From Candidatus Kuenenia stuttgartensis (lineage in GTDB: Bacteria; Planctomycetota; Brocadiia; Brocadiales; Brocadiaceae), in contig NZ_LT934425.1 of the NCBI RefSeq assembly GCF_900232105.1, positions 3,240,001-3,272,000 of the forward strand: a stretch of DNA of 32,000 nt. Reading direction: 5' to 3'. Made by a program: the position numbers and the translations under genes. Below are positions 1 to 8,898 of this stretch, piece by piece. How positions within the stretch are numbered: the stretch's first letter is position 1; every line of letters starts with the position of its first letter. The notes below the pieces were generated by a model. The model did no database searches. It was not told the origin of the DNA and saw only the letters and a list, made by a program, of their open reading frames with translations.

Positions 1-861
1 GAAACCCTGGAATATTTTCGCGATGGTGTTGTACATTGTAACAATGACGCAGAACTTAATGCGTTTATAGCGGAACATTTCAGAGTCTTTCAGGCGGTTG
101 GCAAGAAATTTTACGGGGAAGTGCACTATACTGGCTATGGGACGCCGATTTATCAAGGGAGCCTTACCGCGGATAGTGAATTTAAATACCCTCTTTACAA
201 AAAACCTGCTGATTTCAGAAAACCCTACTTTAAAAGAAAAGAGATTCAGGAAAATAATCTCTTGAAAGGAAATGAGATTGTCTATCTTAAATCGAAATTG
301 GACGCCTACCTTATCCATGTTCAGGGATCAGCGCAAATTGATCTTATATCGGGCAATAAGCTTTATATAGGATATGCTGCGGATTCCGGACATGAATACA
401 CCAGTATCGGCCAGCAGTTGATTTTGGATGGAAAAATACCTGAAGAAGAACTAACGCTATCTGAACTCATAAGCTACTTCGACCGGCATCCCGACGAGCT
501 GGATTTTTATATTAATAAAAATGACCGTTTTATTTTCTTTGAAGTGGTAAATCATGCAGTGCCTCATGGGTGTATTGGCGTGCCTGTTACCCCGATGAGG
601 AGTATTGCTACGGATAAGAAACTGTTTCCTGCCGGCGGTTTGGCATTTGTAGTCTTAGAATCGAGGACGGCAAAAAAAACAGGCTGGTTTACTAAAAAAA
701 ATGTGGTGGAAAAGCTTTTTTTTGTGTCGGACCAAGACACGGGAAGCGCCATACAGACTGCTGCCCGGGCGGATATTTATTTTGGAATCGGGGAGCGGGC
801 AATGTCGGATGCGGGTAGTTTGAATACCTATGGAAGGCTTTATTATTTATTAAAACGTTGA
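1..861 (+). CDS. MltA-family membrane-bound lytic murein transglycosylase (5' end outside window)
   Basis: Frame is open from base 1 (ETLEYFRDGVVHCNNDAELNAFIAEHFRVFQAVGKKFYGEVHYTGYGTP...), so the ORF-track start at 121 is not the true start. Contains MltA/3D-domain signatures: YTGY near the start, YLIHVQGSAQIDL, FFVSDQDTGSAIQTAARADIYFGIGERA, C-terminal GRLYYLL. Confidence 0.85.
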   Translation, partial: ETLEYFRDGVVHCNNDAELNAFIAEHFRVFQAVGKKFYGEVHYTGYGTPIYQGSLTADSEFKYPLYKKPADFRKPYFKRKEIQENNLLKGNEIVYLKSKLDAYLIHVQGSAQIDLISGNKLYIGYAADSGHEYTSIGQQLILDGKIPEEELTLSELISYFDRHPDELDFYINKNDRFIFFEVVNHAVPHGCIGVPVTPMRSIATDKKLFPAGGLAFVVLESRTAKKTGWFTKKNVVEKLFFVSDQDTGSAIQTAARADIYFGIGERAMSDAGSLNTYGRLYYLLKR

Positions 862-981
862 GTTCTTTTTAATCCTTGCTAGTTATTTTTTGCAAAAAAT
901 CGGGAATACTCTCATTTATCATGGCAAAATGTTTGCTCTGCAATAAGCTTTTAGGGACTTGAAATACTCTATTGTACCGTA

Positions 982-1044
982 GCAATCGGCAATCGGCAGT
1001 CGATAGTCGGCAATCTACAGTCGGCAAATTGCCGATTGCCAATT
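982..1044. repeat. Degenerate short tandem/inverted repeat (aatcggc / cagtcggcaatc units)
   Basis: gcaatcggcaatcggcagtcgatagtcggcaatctacagtcggcaaattgccgattgccaatt: repeated (A/G)(A/G)TCGGC units, with GCAATCGGCAA matched by the inverse TTGCCGATTGC. Confidence 0.7.
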
Positions 1045-1198
1045 GAGGAATCTGGTAGAAATGACAGTTACAGGTATATTAAATTCTTCTATGTCCCTTC
1101 TTAGTGCTACAAATGAATGTCCTTGACAACCTTTAACCAGTGTGTTAACATTTTGCCTGTGCCTTGGCGAGTTATAATTTATTGTGAGGTATGGTTTT

Positions 1199-1639
1199 AT
1201 GGAAATTCCTGAACGGTATAAATATTCTGTGGATCATGGATGGTTTTTTGATAACAAAAAATCGATTACCTTTGGTCTCACAGATTTTTTTATTAAAGAT
1301 TTGGGCAAGCTTTTGTTTTTAGACCTTCCGCGATCAGGAGATGAAATTCTCTCCGGGATATCTTTTGGGGAAATAGAATCCCTGGATAATCTGATAGATA
1401 TTATACTCCCTATAAATGCTGAAGTAGTTGCTGTTAACGAGCGTTTATACGAAGATTTGGAAATATTGAGCAATGATCCTTACGTCCGTGGCTGGTTGAT
1501 AAAGTTTAGGATAGAAGATGTTAATATTTTTGATGAGTTGTTAAATGCACGGGAATATGCCGAATGTATTCGTAAGTATAAGGGATTTTCCAAACAAAGA
1601 CTCCAAAGAAAAATTAAGGAAAAGAAGAGTAAAAAATAA
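1199..1639 (+). CDS. Glycine cleavage H-protein-like (GcvH-fold) protein lacking the lipoyl lysine
   Basis: ISFGEIESLDNLIDIILPINAEVVAVNERLYEDLEILSNDPYVRGWLIKF matches the GcvH pattern FGEVESVKAxSDxxSPVSGEVVEVNExLxxxPELxNxDPYxxGWLxK. ATG at 1199 preferred over GTG at 1184. Confidence 0.8.
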   Translation: MEIPERYKYSVDHGWFFDNKKSITFGLTDFFIKDLGKLLFLDLPRSGDEILSGISFGEIESLDNLIDIILPINAEVVAVNERLYEDLEILSNDPYVRGWLIKFRIEDVNIFDELLNAREYAECIRKYKGFSKQRLQRKIKEKKSKK

Positions 1640-1647
1640 CCTTCCCA

Positions 1648-2694
1648 ATGATTTCAACATCGAAACGCCGTCTTGTTATTCTAACAGAGGGAAAACTTGA
1701 TATCCATAGTGCAAAGACTGCCGTCAGCATTGTTCGTTATTGCAAAGACGAAGTCGTTGCCATAATAGATCTCTATAATGCCGGAAAAGATCTTGAGGCA
1801 ATCATTGGGATAGGAAAAGACATCCCGATTTTTAGTACGGTTAAGGAAACATTGCACCTCAAACCTGATTCACTCCTTATTGGAATTGCTCCTTTGGGTG
1901 GAGTATTGCCCATTGAATGGCAGATACACATCAGAGATGCCCTGCAGAATAAACTCAATGTTATCAGCGGGCTTCATACCTATATCAGTGATGACCTTGA
2001 GTTTGGCAAACTTGCACAAAAGAATCAGTTGAACATTTATGACGTTCGAAAACCACCTGAAAAATTATCCATTGGCACAGGAAAGGCAAAAGAGGTAAAG
2101 ACATTTCGTGTGCTTACTGTCGGTACGGATTGCAATGTTGGCAAGATGGTTACCTCTATAGAGATTGCAAATGCCGCAAAAAAACGAGGTATTGACGCCT
2201 GTTTTGTCGCAACCGGACAAACAGGTATTCTTATTGAAGGTAGCGGAATCGCCATAGACCATGTCCTGTCTGATTTTATCTCCGGCGCAACAGAAAAACT
2301 CATTCTTGACCGCGCTCAATACAATCTCTTGTGCATTGAAGGACAAGGCGCGGTAATACATCCTGCATATTCCGGTGTAAATGTAGGTTTGCTGCATGGT
2401 GCGCTTCCGCAGGGTATTATTATGTGTCATCAACCAACCCGCAAAACACTGCGTCATTTTGAAAACTTTCCTATTTTGCCTATTCAGCATATCATTGAAC
2501 TTAACGAAAAACTGGTGCAACCGTTTCAATCCTGCAAGGTACTCGGTATATCGCTTAATTGCTATGGCATGTCTGATGAAGAAGCATTGCGGGAAATAGA
2601 AAAAACAGAACGGGAAATAAAACTGCCGGCTACCGACCCCATTAGATTTGGCGTTGACAAATTTTTAGAGGTCATTCAGCCCCTATTACCATGA
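1648..2694 (+). CDS. DUF1611 family protein (DgcN-like, P-loop)
   Basis: FRVLTVGTDCNVGKMVTSIEIANAAKKRGIDACFVATGQTGILIEGSGIAIDHVLSDFISGATEKL is characteristic of DUF1611 proteins; stop overlaps the start of an enolase-superfamily epimerase, the usual partner. Confidence 0.8.
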   Translation: MISTSKRRLVILTEGKLDIHSAKTAVSIVRYCKDEVVAIIDLYNAGKDLEAIIGIGKDIPIFSTVKETLHLKPDSLLIGIAPLGGVLPIEWQIHIRDALQNKLNVISGLHTYISDDLEFGKLAQKNQLNIYDVRKPPEKLSIGTGKAKEVKTFRVLTVGTDCNVGKMVTSIEIANAAKKRGIDACFVATGQTGILIEGSGIAIDHVLSDFISGATEKLILDRAQYNLLCIEGQGAVIHPAYSGVNVGLLHGALPQGIIMCHQPTRKTLRHFENFPILPIQHIIELNEKLVQPFQSCKVLGISLNCYGMSDEEALREIEKTEREIKLPATDPIRFGVDKFLEVIQPLLP

Positions 2695-3713
2695 ACATTT
2701 CTTTTCAGCCGTTAGACCTGGAACTAAAACATACATTCAGGATTTCAAGGGGAGCAAAAGACACCCAGAGCAACGTCATAGTTTCTTTAACAGAAGAAAG
2801 CGGTGTCTCGGGCATTGGGGAAGCGGCTCCGTCTCTTTTTTTTAAAGAGAATTCAACAAGTGTTGTGGAAGCGTTTCGCCAATTCGCCGGCTTATTGAAA
2901 AACAGCGACATTTTTCATATTGAAGATATTACCAATCAGTTAAAAAAACATTTTACAGCGAATGCAGCGGCACGCGCTGCAATTGACATAGCCCTCCATG
3001 ATCTTGTATGTAAAATACTTAAAATACCTCTCTCCGCATTATTAGGGTTAAACCCTCATCACACAATGGCTACATCCTTTACAATAGGCATGGACACGAT
3101 GGAAAAGATGTGTGAAAAGATTGAAGAGGTGAAGGACCTTCCCGTCTTGAAAATAAAAGTTGGCTGTGATAATGATATAGAAATCCTTGAAGAGCTGCGA
3201 AAAATAACCCGGGCGATTTTTCGTGTGGACGCTAATACCGGATGGAACAAAGAAGGGGCAATCAAAAGGTTGCATCGTATGGAAGAGCTTGGCGTTGAAT
3301 TGGTGGAACAGCCTTTTCCTGTTGGCGATTTTGAGGCATTGGCATATATTAAAAATAAAGTAAAAATTCCCATTTTTGCCGACGAAGAAGTGGTAGATTC
3401 AAAAGACATACCGCGATTGGCGGGTATGGTGGACGGAATTAATATAAAGCTGATGAAATGCGGTGGCATTCGGGAAGCGCTGCGTATGATTCATACCGCA
3501 AGGGCTCATAGGCTCAAAGTTATGATAGGCTGCAATATAGAGAGTTCTGTGTCTATTACTGCGGCAGCCCATTTAATGTCGTTGGCAGACTATGTTGATC
3601 TCGATGGAAACCTGCTTGTTTCAAATGATCCGTATGAAGGAGTACATTTTGAGAAAGGACGGTTATCTTTGCCGGAAAGGGATGGTCTGGGTGTTCGATT
3701 GAAGGCTGGATAA
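2691..3713 (+). CDS. Enolase-superfamily dipeptide epimerase (L-Ala-D/L-Glu epimerase or DgcA-like)
   Basis: Motifs AAIDIALHDL, LKIKVG, IFRVDANTGWNKEGAIKRLHRMEELGVELVEQPF, IFADEEV, INIKLMKCGGIREALRMI, MIGCNIESS; ATGA overlap with the upstream DUF1611 gene. Confidence 0.85.
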   Translation: MNISFQPLDLELKHTFRISRGAKDTQSNVIVSLTEESGVSGIGEAAPSLFFKENSTSVVEAFRQFAGLLKNSDIFHIEDITNQLKKHFTANAAARAAIDIALHDLVCKILKIPLSALLGLNPHHTMATSFTIGMDTMEKMCEKIEEVKDLPVLKIKVGCDNDIEILEELRKITRAIFRVDANTGWNKEGAIKRLHRMEELGVELVEQPFPVGDFEALAYIKNKVKIPIFADEEVVDSKDIPRLAGMVDGINIKLMKCGGIREALRMIHTARAHRLKVMIGCNIESSVSITAAAHLMSLADYVDLDGNLLVSNDPYEGVHFEKGRLSLPERDGLGVRLKAG

Positions 3714-3733
3714 CTATTTTTAAAGAAAGTCTT

Positions 3734-3770
3734 GTGTTTAGGCGCTAAACACCTAAACTGGCATAGCCAG
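3734..3770. terminator. Two adjacent hairpins between convergent genes (possible transcription stop)
   Basis: gtgttta-ggcgc-taaacac (3734-3752) followed by ctggc-ata-gccag (3758-3770), just after the epimerase stop. No strong T-run. Confidence 0.4.
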
Positions 3771-3895
3771 AACCAAACAAGCAATATATAAAAAACACGA
3801 AATCCGAAACAAATCCGAATAACAAAGTATAAAATTCAAAACAAATCCAAAATATCCCCGTGCCTTTTTTCTTTTACATTGAGCATTGAATGGGA

Positions 3896-4834
3896 TTATT
3901 CAATTGATTTAGCACAACGAAACCCTATGATATCGCTTTTAAATGAAGGCTCATCATAATCCCTGTTTGCGCAACGAATATGCACAATACCAGACCCATT
4001 CCAGGAACCGCCGCGAATGACCTTGCAGGTGGCGAGTGTTTTACTGAGGGAGGGTTTCAATTCATAAATAGAAACGCCTACCTCTTCCGGTCTTCCGGAA
4101 TAAGGCTTTTCTTCAGGGACATCAGGCCCTTGAGGGTTTTTATCCGGGGCATTATGGTAGTATTGACTATCATACCAATCCTTAATCCATTCCCAAACGT
4201 TTCCAGCCATATCAAAACATCCGTAAACGCTTTGTCCTTGTGGATATTGCGTCACCGGGGTTGATTTTTCAATTTTTGCTTCGGCGCAATTCAGACGTGT
4301 TTTGTCAAAATCATTTCCCCACGGATATATTCTTCCGTCAGCGCCCCGGGCCGCTTTTTCCCACTCCGCTTCAGTAGGCAGCCTTTTCCCAGCCCAATTG
4401 GCAAATGCTTCCGCCTCATACCACGAAATATTTACTGCCGGACAATCTTTATCACCTTGTAATATGGCGTCTATGTCATTACTACCCGACGGATTGAAAT
4501 CAAGAACATACTGCCATCCCGCTTCTGACCAATACAACTTTTTTTTATACCCGTTCGCCTCAATAAATTGAGAAAATTGTGCATTGGTGACAGGGTATTT
4601 ATCAATATAATAAGCACTCAAAAAAATCTCTCTCTGCGGAATTTCATTATTTAACCGATACGTTTCGATACTTTTATCCTGTTCCAATAATTTCTCTATG
4701 TCTTCCTTTGTACTCCCCATCAAAAACGTACCTTCAGGAATCAGGATCATATCTTCGAATAAAACATTTCCAGTTTCGTAAACCTTTATCATACTTTCGC
4801 AATCACCCCTTTCTGCAACAAAAAATTCAGCCAA
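3896..4834 (-). CDS. SUMF1/formylglycine-generating-enzyme-fold protein (probably not a catalytic FGE)
   Basis: MILIPEGTFLMGS, YYIDKYPVTNAQFSQFIEANGY, PAVNISWYEAEAFANWAGKRLPTEAEWEKAARG, YPWGN, NVWEWIKDWYD, VIRGGSWNGSG, IGFRCAKS. TTG start in the track; an internal ATG is possible. Confidence 0.85.
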   Translation of the reverse strand: MAEFFVAERGDCESMIKVYETGNVLFEDMILIPEGTFLMGSTKEDIEKLLEQDKSIETYRLNNEIPQREIFLSAYYIDKYPVTNAQFSQFIEANGYKKKLYWSEAGWQYVLDFNPSGSNDIDAILQGDKDCPAVNISWYEAEAFANWAGKRLPTEAEWEKAARGADGRIYPWGNDFDKTRLNCAEAKIEKSTPVTQYPQGQSVYGCFDMAGNVWEWIKDWYDSQYYHNAPDKNPQGPDVPEEKPYSGRPEEVGVSIYELKPSLSKTLATCKVIRGGSWNGSGIVHIRCANRDYDEPSFKSDIIGFRCAKSIE

Positions 4835-4864
4835 TAAAACCTTCTTTCCGGAGATTGTTTCCCC

Positions 4865-5237
4865 CTAAAAAAGGAAAAGATAAACGATAATTCCAAAAAC
4901 CGATATTATACCGAGAAAAACAAGGGATATATGGAATTCATCATCCTTACGCTGGCATCTCCTGGAGTTTATAACCAGCCCTGTAATGCTTACACAAAGC
5001 CAAACGATCATTATTATGAAAAAGATACGATGACAATTTCCGGTTCCATGTGCTGATTAACTGCATACTAAATTTCCTATCAAAGAACGATTCTACTTCT
5101 GGTATTGCTGCCCCAAAAATCAGTAATGCAGTAATCATAAGTATCCAACTCGTCACAACAAACCACCGAAGAGACCTAATCCAAAAATCCGGTTTTCTGC
5201 GTCTATTTTGGTGCTTGATTGCTTCGTCTTCTTCCAT
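4865..5237 (-). pseudogene. Small 3-TM inner-membrane protein with an apparent single-base frame disruption
   Basis: The annotated frame (4947..5237) loses hydrophobic coding after STWNRKLSSYLF. Removing one base from the 5-A run at 5021-5025 gives a continuous 123-aa product ending ...SSYLFIIMIVWLCVSITGLVINSRRCQRKDDEFHISLVFLGIISVFGIIVYLFLF*. Span is 373 nt = 3x124+1. Confidence 0.75.
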
Positions 5238-5386
5238 GGTTATAACAGTTTAGTATTTTGAAAAAACTTCAACTTTTATGAACACACCCCACATAAGCCT
5301 ATGGAAGGTCTCTACATCAAAAGGGCATTGAGCGTTGAATATTGAACATTAATTTTCAAATACGAAAGATGTACTTGTTTAGCATT

Positions 5387-6529
5387 TCAAATCATTTTTT
5401 CATTAGAATTTGTTTCGGACTTCACCATTAAATATTCTACGACCTTGTCTCCCATCTGGGAGGTTAAAAGGATTTTTCCCTCTTGCGTAGTTTTATTTGC
5501 GAGATCTGCTGTCCGATAACCATTTTCCAGCGCCTTCATTATTGCCTCTTCAATAGCCTTTGATTCCCTGTTAAGGCCGAATGCATATTTTAACAGCATT
5601 GCCCCCGAGAGTATTTGCGCTAACGGATTGGCCTTATTCAGTCCGGCAATGTCAGGGGCGGAGCCATGAATGGGTTCGAAAAGCCCGAAGCCTGTTTTCG
5701 CAAGACTTGCGCTTGGAAGCATGCCAATGGAACCGGTAATGGCGGAAGCGAGATCTGACAATATGTCCCCAAACATATTCTCGGTAACTATCACGTCGAA
5801 TTGTTTTGGATTCGTTGCCAGTTGCATGGCAGCATTGTCCACATACATGTGATTAAGTTGTATCTGGGGAAAGTGGGACTGAACGTAGTCAGTGACTACC
5901 TTTCGCCATAATTTTGAACTTTCAAGGACGTTTGCTTTATCAACGGAGGTGAGTTTTTTGTTGCGTTTCATGGCGGCGTCACAGGCGACAGCCGCAATCC
6001 TTTCGATTTCCGGTACGGAATAAATCATGTAATCTACCGCGTAATTCCCCTGCAGGGCACCTTCGTGGAGGGTGAGGGTTTTTACCTTGTTTCTCCCAAA
6101 ATATATTCCTCCCGTAAGTTCCCTAACAATCAGTATGTCAAGACCTCCTTCGAGACGTTCTGATTTTAATGATGCCGCATCAGCCAACGGACCGAAAATT
6201 ATTGCGGGACGCAAGTTTGCAAATAGATTATATGTGCCCCTTAAGGGAAGCAGCGCCCCGCGTTCCGGGGTAAGTTCCGGAGGTAAATTTTCCCATTTGG
6301 GGCCTCCAACTGCGCCAAAATAGATAGCATCTGAATTGTTGCAAACTTCTTTGGTTTCATCGGGCAGGGGGTGTCCGTATTTATCGTAAGCACAACCGCC
6401 TACCAGCGCTTCTTTGTAATCAAAGATATGGTTGAATTGTTTTGCTATTGCATCCAATACTTTCAAACCCTCTTTCATTATTTCAGGGCCTATTCCGTCT
6501 CCTGCAAGCACCGCAATGCGTTTTTTCAT
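5387..6529 (-). CDS. leuB: 3-isopropylmalate dehydrogenase
   Basis: [41 protein letters not shown](T)[46 protein letters not shown]. Confidence 0.95.
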   Translation of the reverse strand: MKKRIAVLAGDGIGPEIMKEGLKVLDAIAKQFNHIFDYKEALVGGCAYDKYGHPLPDETKEVCNNSDAIYFGAVGGPKWENLPPELTPERGALLPLRGTYNLFANLRPAIIFGPLADAASLKSERLEGGLDILIVRELTGGIYFGRNKVKTLTLHEGALQGNYAVDYMIYSVPEIERIAAVACDAAMKRNKKLTSVDKANVLESSKLWRKVVTDYVQSHFPQIQLNHMYVDNAAMQLATNPKQFDVIVTENMFGDILSDLASAITGSIGMLPSASLAKTGFGLFEPIHGSAPDIAGLNKANPLAQILSGAMLLKYAFGLNRESKAIEEAIMKALENGYRTADLANKTTQEGKILLTSQMGDKVVEYLMVKSETNSNEKMI

Positions 6530-6659
6530 TTATAAATCTCCATCTTTCATGTCATCAGCAATTAATAATTAAAAATAGAGTTTTATCTTATTTGATTAAA
6601 TAAGATTTTTTAGATAAATCGTAAACAGTGGTATTGTTCAAAAAAAACAGTGAATATGA

Positions 6660-7283
6660 TTATCGGTCGTCTTTGATTATTTCAACGGTAAAGGTATACA
6701 TTTCGATGTCTCTGTGTTTCCAGGCTTCTTTGGGCAAACCCGCTTTGCCGGAGCAACAGTGGGAAAGGAATTCTTCTTTGCTCCATCCGGTTTCAGTTGC
6801 CACCTGGGGAAGAAAACATCCTGATTGAAAGCCTTTTTTGACGTACATGCCATGTTTTCCTAATTCAAAATCAAAGGGGTCTGTGATACGTTTTAGCGGA
6901 GATAGGATGGAGAGTTCAATGTTAATTTGGTCAAGTTCAGACGAGGTAACCGGATTGTCGAAAAAACGTGAATCTTCAGTCGCTGAGGAAATTGCCACCT
7001 CAGAAACAAGCTTGTAGAGTGGAATATCAGATACAAACCGGCCAATGCAGCCACGAAGCTTTCCCCGGTTTTTTATAGTGACAAAAACACCCTGTTTTGC
7101 CTGAATATCAGGATGATCATAGGAAAAGTCCGGGGCAGGTTCTTTTTTTACCGCGGACGCGACGCTCTTTCTGGCAATTTCCAAGAGTATTTTTTTTGCA
7201 GTTTCTTCCAATAATATACTCCGATAGAGAAAAATCTGTTTAATAAGAAGCTTCAATACGTTTTGGGCAAAAACTGCAGGCAA
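6660..7283 (-). CDS. AMMECR1 domain protein (AmmeMemoRadiSam system protein A-like)
   Basis: GVFVTIKNRGKLRGCIGRF, EVAISSATEDSRF, INIELSILSPLKRI, HGMYVKKGFQSGCFLPQVATETGWSKEEFLSHCCSGKAGL. The N-terminus may be shorter than the track. Confidence 0.88.
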   Translation of the reverse strand: MPAVFAQNVLKLLIKQIFLYRSILLEETAKKILLEIARKSVASAVKKEPAPDFSYDHPDIQAKQGVFVTIKNRGKLRGCIGRFVSDIPLYKLVSEVAISSATEDSRFFDNPVTSSELDQINIELSILSPLKRITDPFDFELGKHGMYVKKGFQSGCFLPQVATETGWSKEEFLSHCCSGKAGLPKEAWKHRDIEMYTFTVEIIKDDR

Positions 7284-7289
7284 ACTATT

Positions 7290-8888
7290 TTAAATTCCTA
7301 TTGCCTCGTGAAATATGTCTGCCGTGAAAACAAAGAACTCCATATCGTTGTCTCTCCATGCATTTATGGGTAATCCGGCTTTTTTGCAGAGATGTTGAAG
7401 GGTTTCCGTTTTGTCCCACCCCTGTTCAGCGGCAATGTGTGGAAGAAATACTGCGTTTGCATATCCTTTACGAATTACTATGCCTTCCTGTCCAACGGTA
7501 AACCCTTCAGGTCCGCTTATTTTTCTTGGCTGACTCAAAACGGAAATTTCTATATCAATGTCATTCATTTCTTCATGGGTTACCGGCAGAAATCTATTGT
7601 CTTTTGCAGAGGAGTTGATGGTATTTTCAACTACCGCCTGGCAAAGGGAGGTTTTGGGAAGGATATACCCAATGCACCCGCGCAATTGCCCCTGTTCTTT
7701 TAATGTTACAAACACGCCATATTTTTCGAAAAGCCTTGGCGTTTGTGTGAAAAGCTGCAAATCAATTTCAGGAGAAGCACCTGTATTTGCATACGTTTCC
7801 AAAGTGTTTCTGGCAAGCGATAAGAGTGTTTTCTTTTCTTTTTCTGAAAGACAAATGGATTGCCCTTCCGTTTGTGGTTTTTCTTGCGGGTGATATTCGC
7901 CTGATTTGATTTCCGCCTCTTTTGTGAAAAGAATGGATGCATAGCTAACGGAATAGACGAAATTATTTGTCTGATGCCCTGACGTATCGTAATGAAGAAT
8001 TTGTCCTTTTGCACTATCTGGCAGTAGTTTTAAAAGAATTGAAATAGGCAATATTCCACAGGCATTTATTCCCGTTTGTTTTCTATATTCCCTGAGTCCG
8101 TCAAAATCTTTATTAAGAATCTTTTCAAAAGCGCCATAGTCAAGAATCTTTATGTTTTCTTCCACATTTTCTCTGAATGGTACATATCGGTACGCATCGC
8201 CGTAATGGGTAAAATCAGAACTGACGACGAGCAGTGTTTTGTCGTCCAGCAATGGCCGAATGGCTTCTGCAACTTTGTCAAAATCATTATCGATCAATAT
8301 GCCAATCATGATGGGTACCAGATTAAAATCCCCCAAGGTCATTTGCAGGAAGGGTAGTTGCATTTCTAAAGAATGTTCTCCCTTGTATGCGCCGTCATAA
8401 TCTCCGAATAGCTTCAGGGGGCTGCTGTTGCGTTTATTTTTTGATTCTGCGGTGAAAGAGGTGTTAAGCAAATAATCACATGCTTCCTGGTCAATAGAAA
8501 TTTTCCCTAGAGGCGTTTTATAGCTGGTTGCTTTTAATATTGAGGCGCCCCGGTATCTCCTCCCACTGTGGGAAGGGGAAAGCACAATCACCCTCTTAAA
8601 TCCATGTCCCTTTATAGCGCTATAACCATAGGCTGCAACTTGTCCGGAATAAACATATCCAGCATGGGGGGATATGATCGCAAGGGGTCTTCCATTTGAT
8701 TTTTGACTGGAAACCTCATTTAGAAATTCATTTATTTGGCCTTTTAATGCCGCTTCATTGCCAGGATAAAACCTCCCTGCAACTTGTGACTCCCACGTCT
8801 GAGGTGGTTCCGTTTCCGCAAGCAGTAAGGAAAAGGAAGATATTAAGGTAAATATGAAAAATGTGAATATAACCATTGTGTGTTTCAT
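7290..8888 (-). CDS. Memo-AMMECR1 fusion protein with predicted N-terminal signal peptide
   Basis: Memo part: GRFYPGN, AIISPHAGYVYSGQVAAYGYSAIKG, VIVLSPSH, LEMQLPFLQ, VSSDFTHYGD, ACGILPI; AMMECR1 part: YGVFVTLKEQGQLRGCIGYI...VFLPHIAAEQGWDKTETLQHLCKKAGLP. ATG at 8888 gives MKHTMVIFTFFIFTLISSFSLLLAETE, a signal-peptide-like start. The track start at 8921 overlaps the upstream gene. Confidence 0.88.
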   Translation of the reverse strand: MKHTMVIFTFFIFTLISSFSLLLAETEPPQTWESQVAGRFYPGNEAALKGQINEFLNEVSSQKSNGRPLAIISPHAGYVYSGQVAAYGYSAIKGHGFKRVIVLSPSHSGRRYRGASILKATSYKTPLGKISIDQEACDYLLNTSFTAESKNKRNSSPLKLFGDYDGAYKGEHSLEMQLPFLQMTLGDFNLVPIMIGILIDNDFDKVAEAIRPLLDDKTLLVVSSDFTHYGDAYRYVPFRENVEENIKILDYGAFEKILNKDFDGLREYRKQTGINACGILPISILLKLLPDSAKGQILHYDTSGHQTNNFVYSVSYASILFTKEAEIKSGEYHPQEKPQTEGQSICLSEKEKKTLLSLARNTLETYANTGASPEIDLQLFTQTPRLFEKYGVFVTLKEQGQLRGCIGYILPKTSLCQAVVENTINSSAKDNRFLPVTHEEMNDIDIEISVLSQPRKISGPEGFTVGQEGIVIRKGYANAVFLPHIAAEQGWDKTETLQHLCKKAGLPINAWRDNDMEFFVFTADIFHEAIGI

Positions 8889-8898
8889 GGTACTTTCC

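Noticed and set aside
982-1044. Possible CRISPR-like array
   Set aside because: Units are only ~7-13 bp, variable and without uniform spacers; no cas genes in the window.
2065-2529. Minus-strand 154-aa ORF within the DUF1611 gene
   Set aside because: Wholly antisense to a well-supported gene, low-complexity Cys/Phe-rich composition, no recognisable family.
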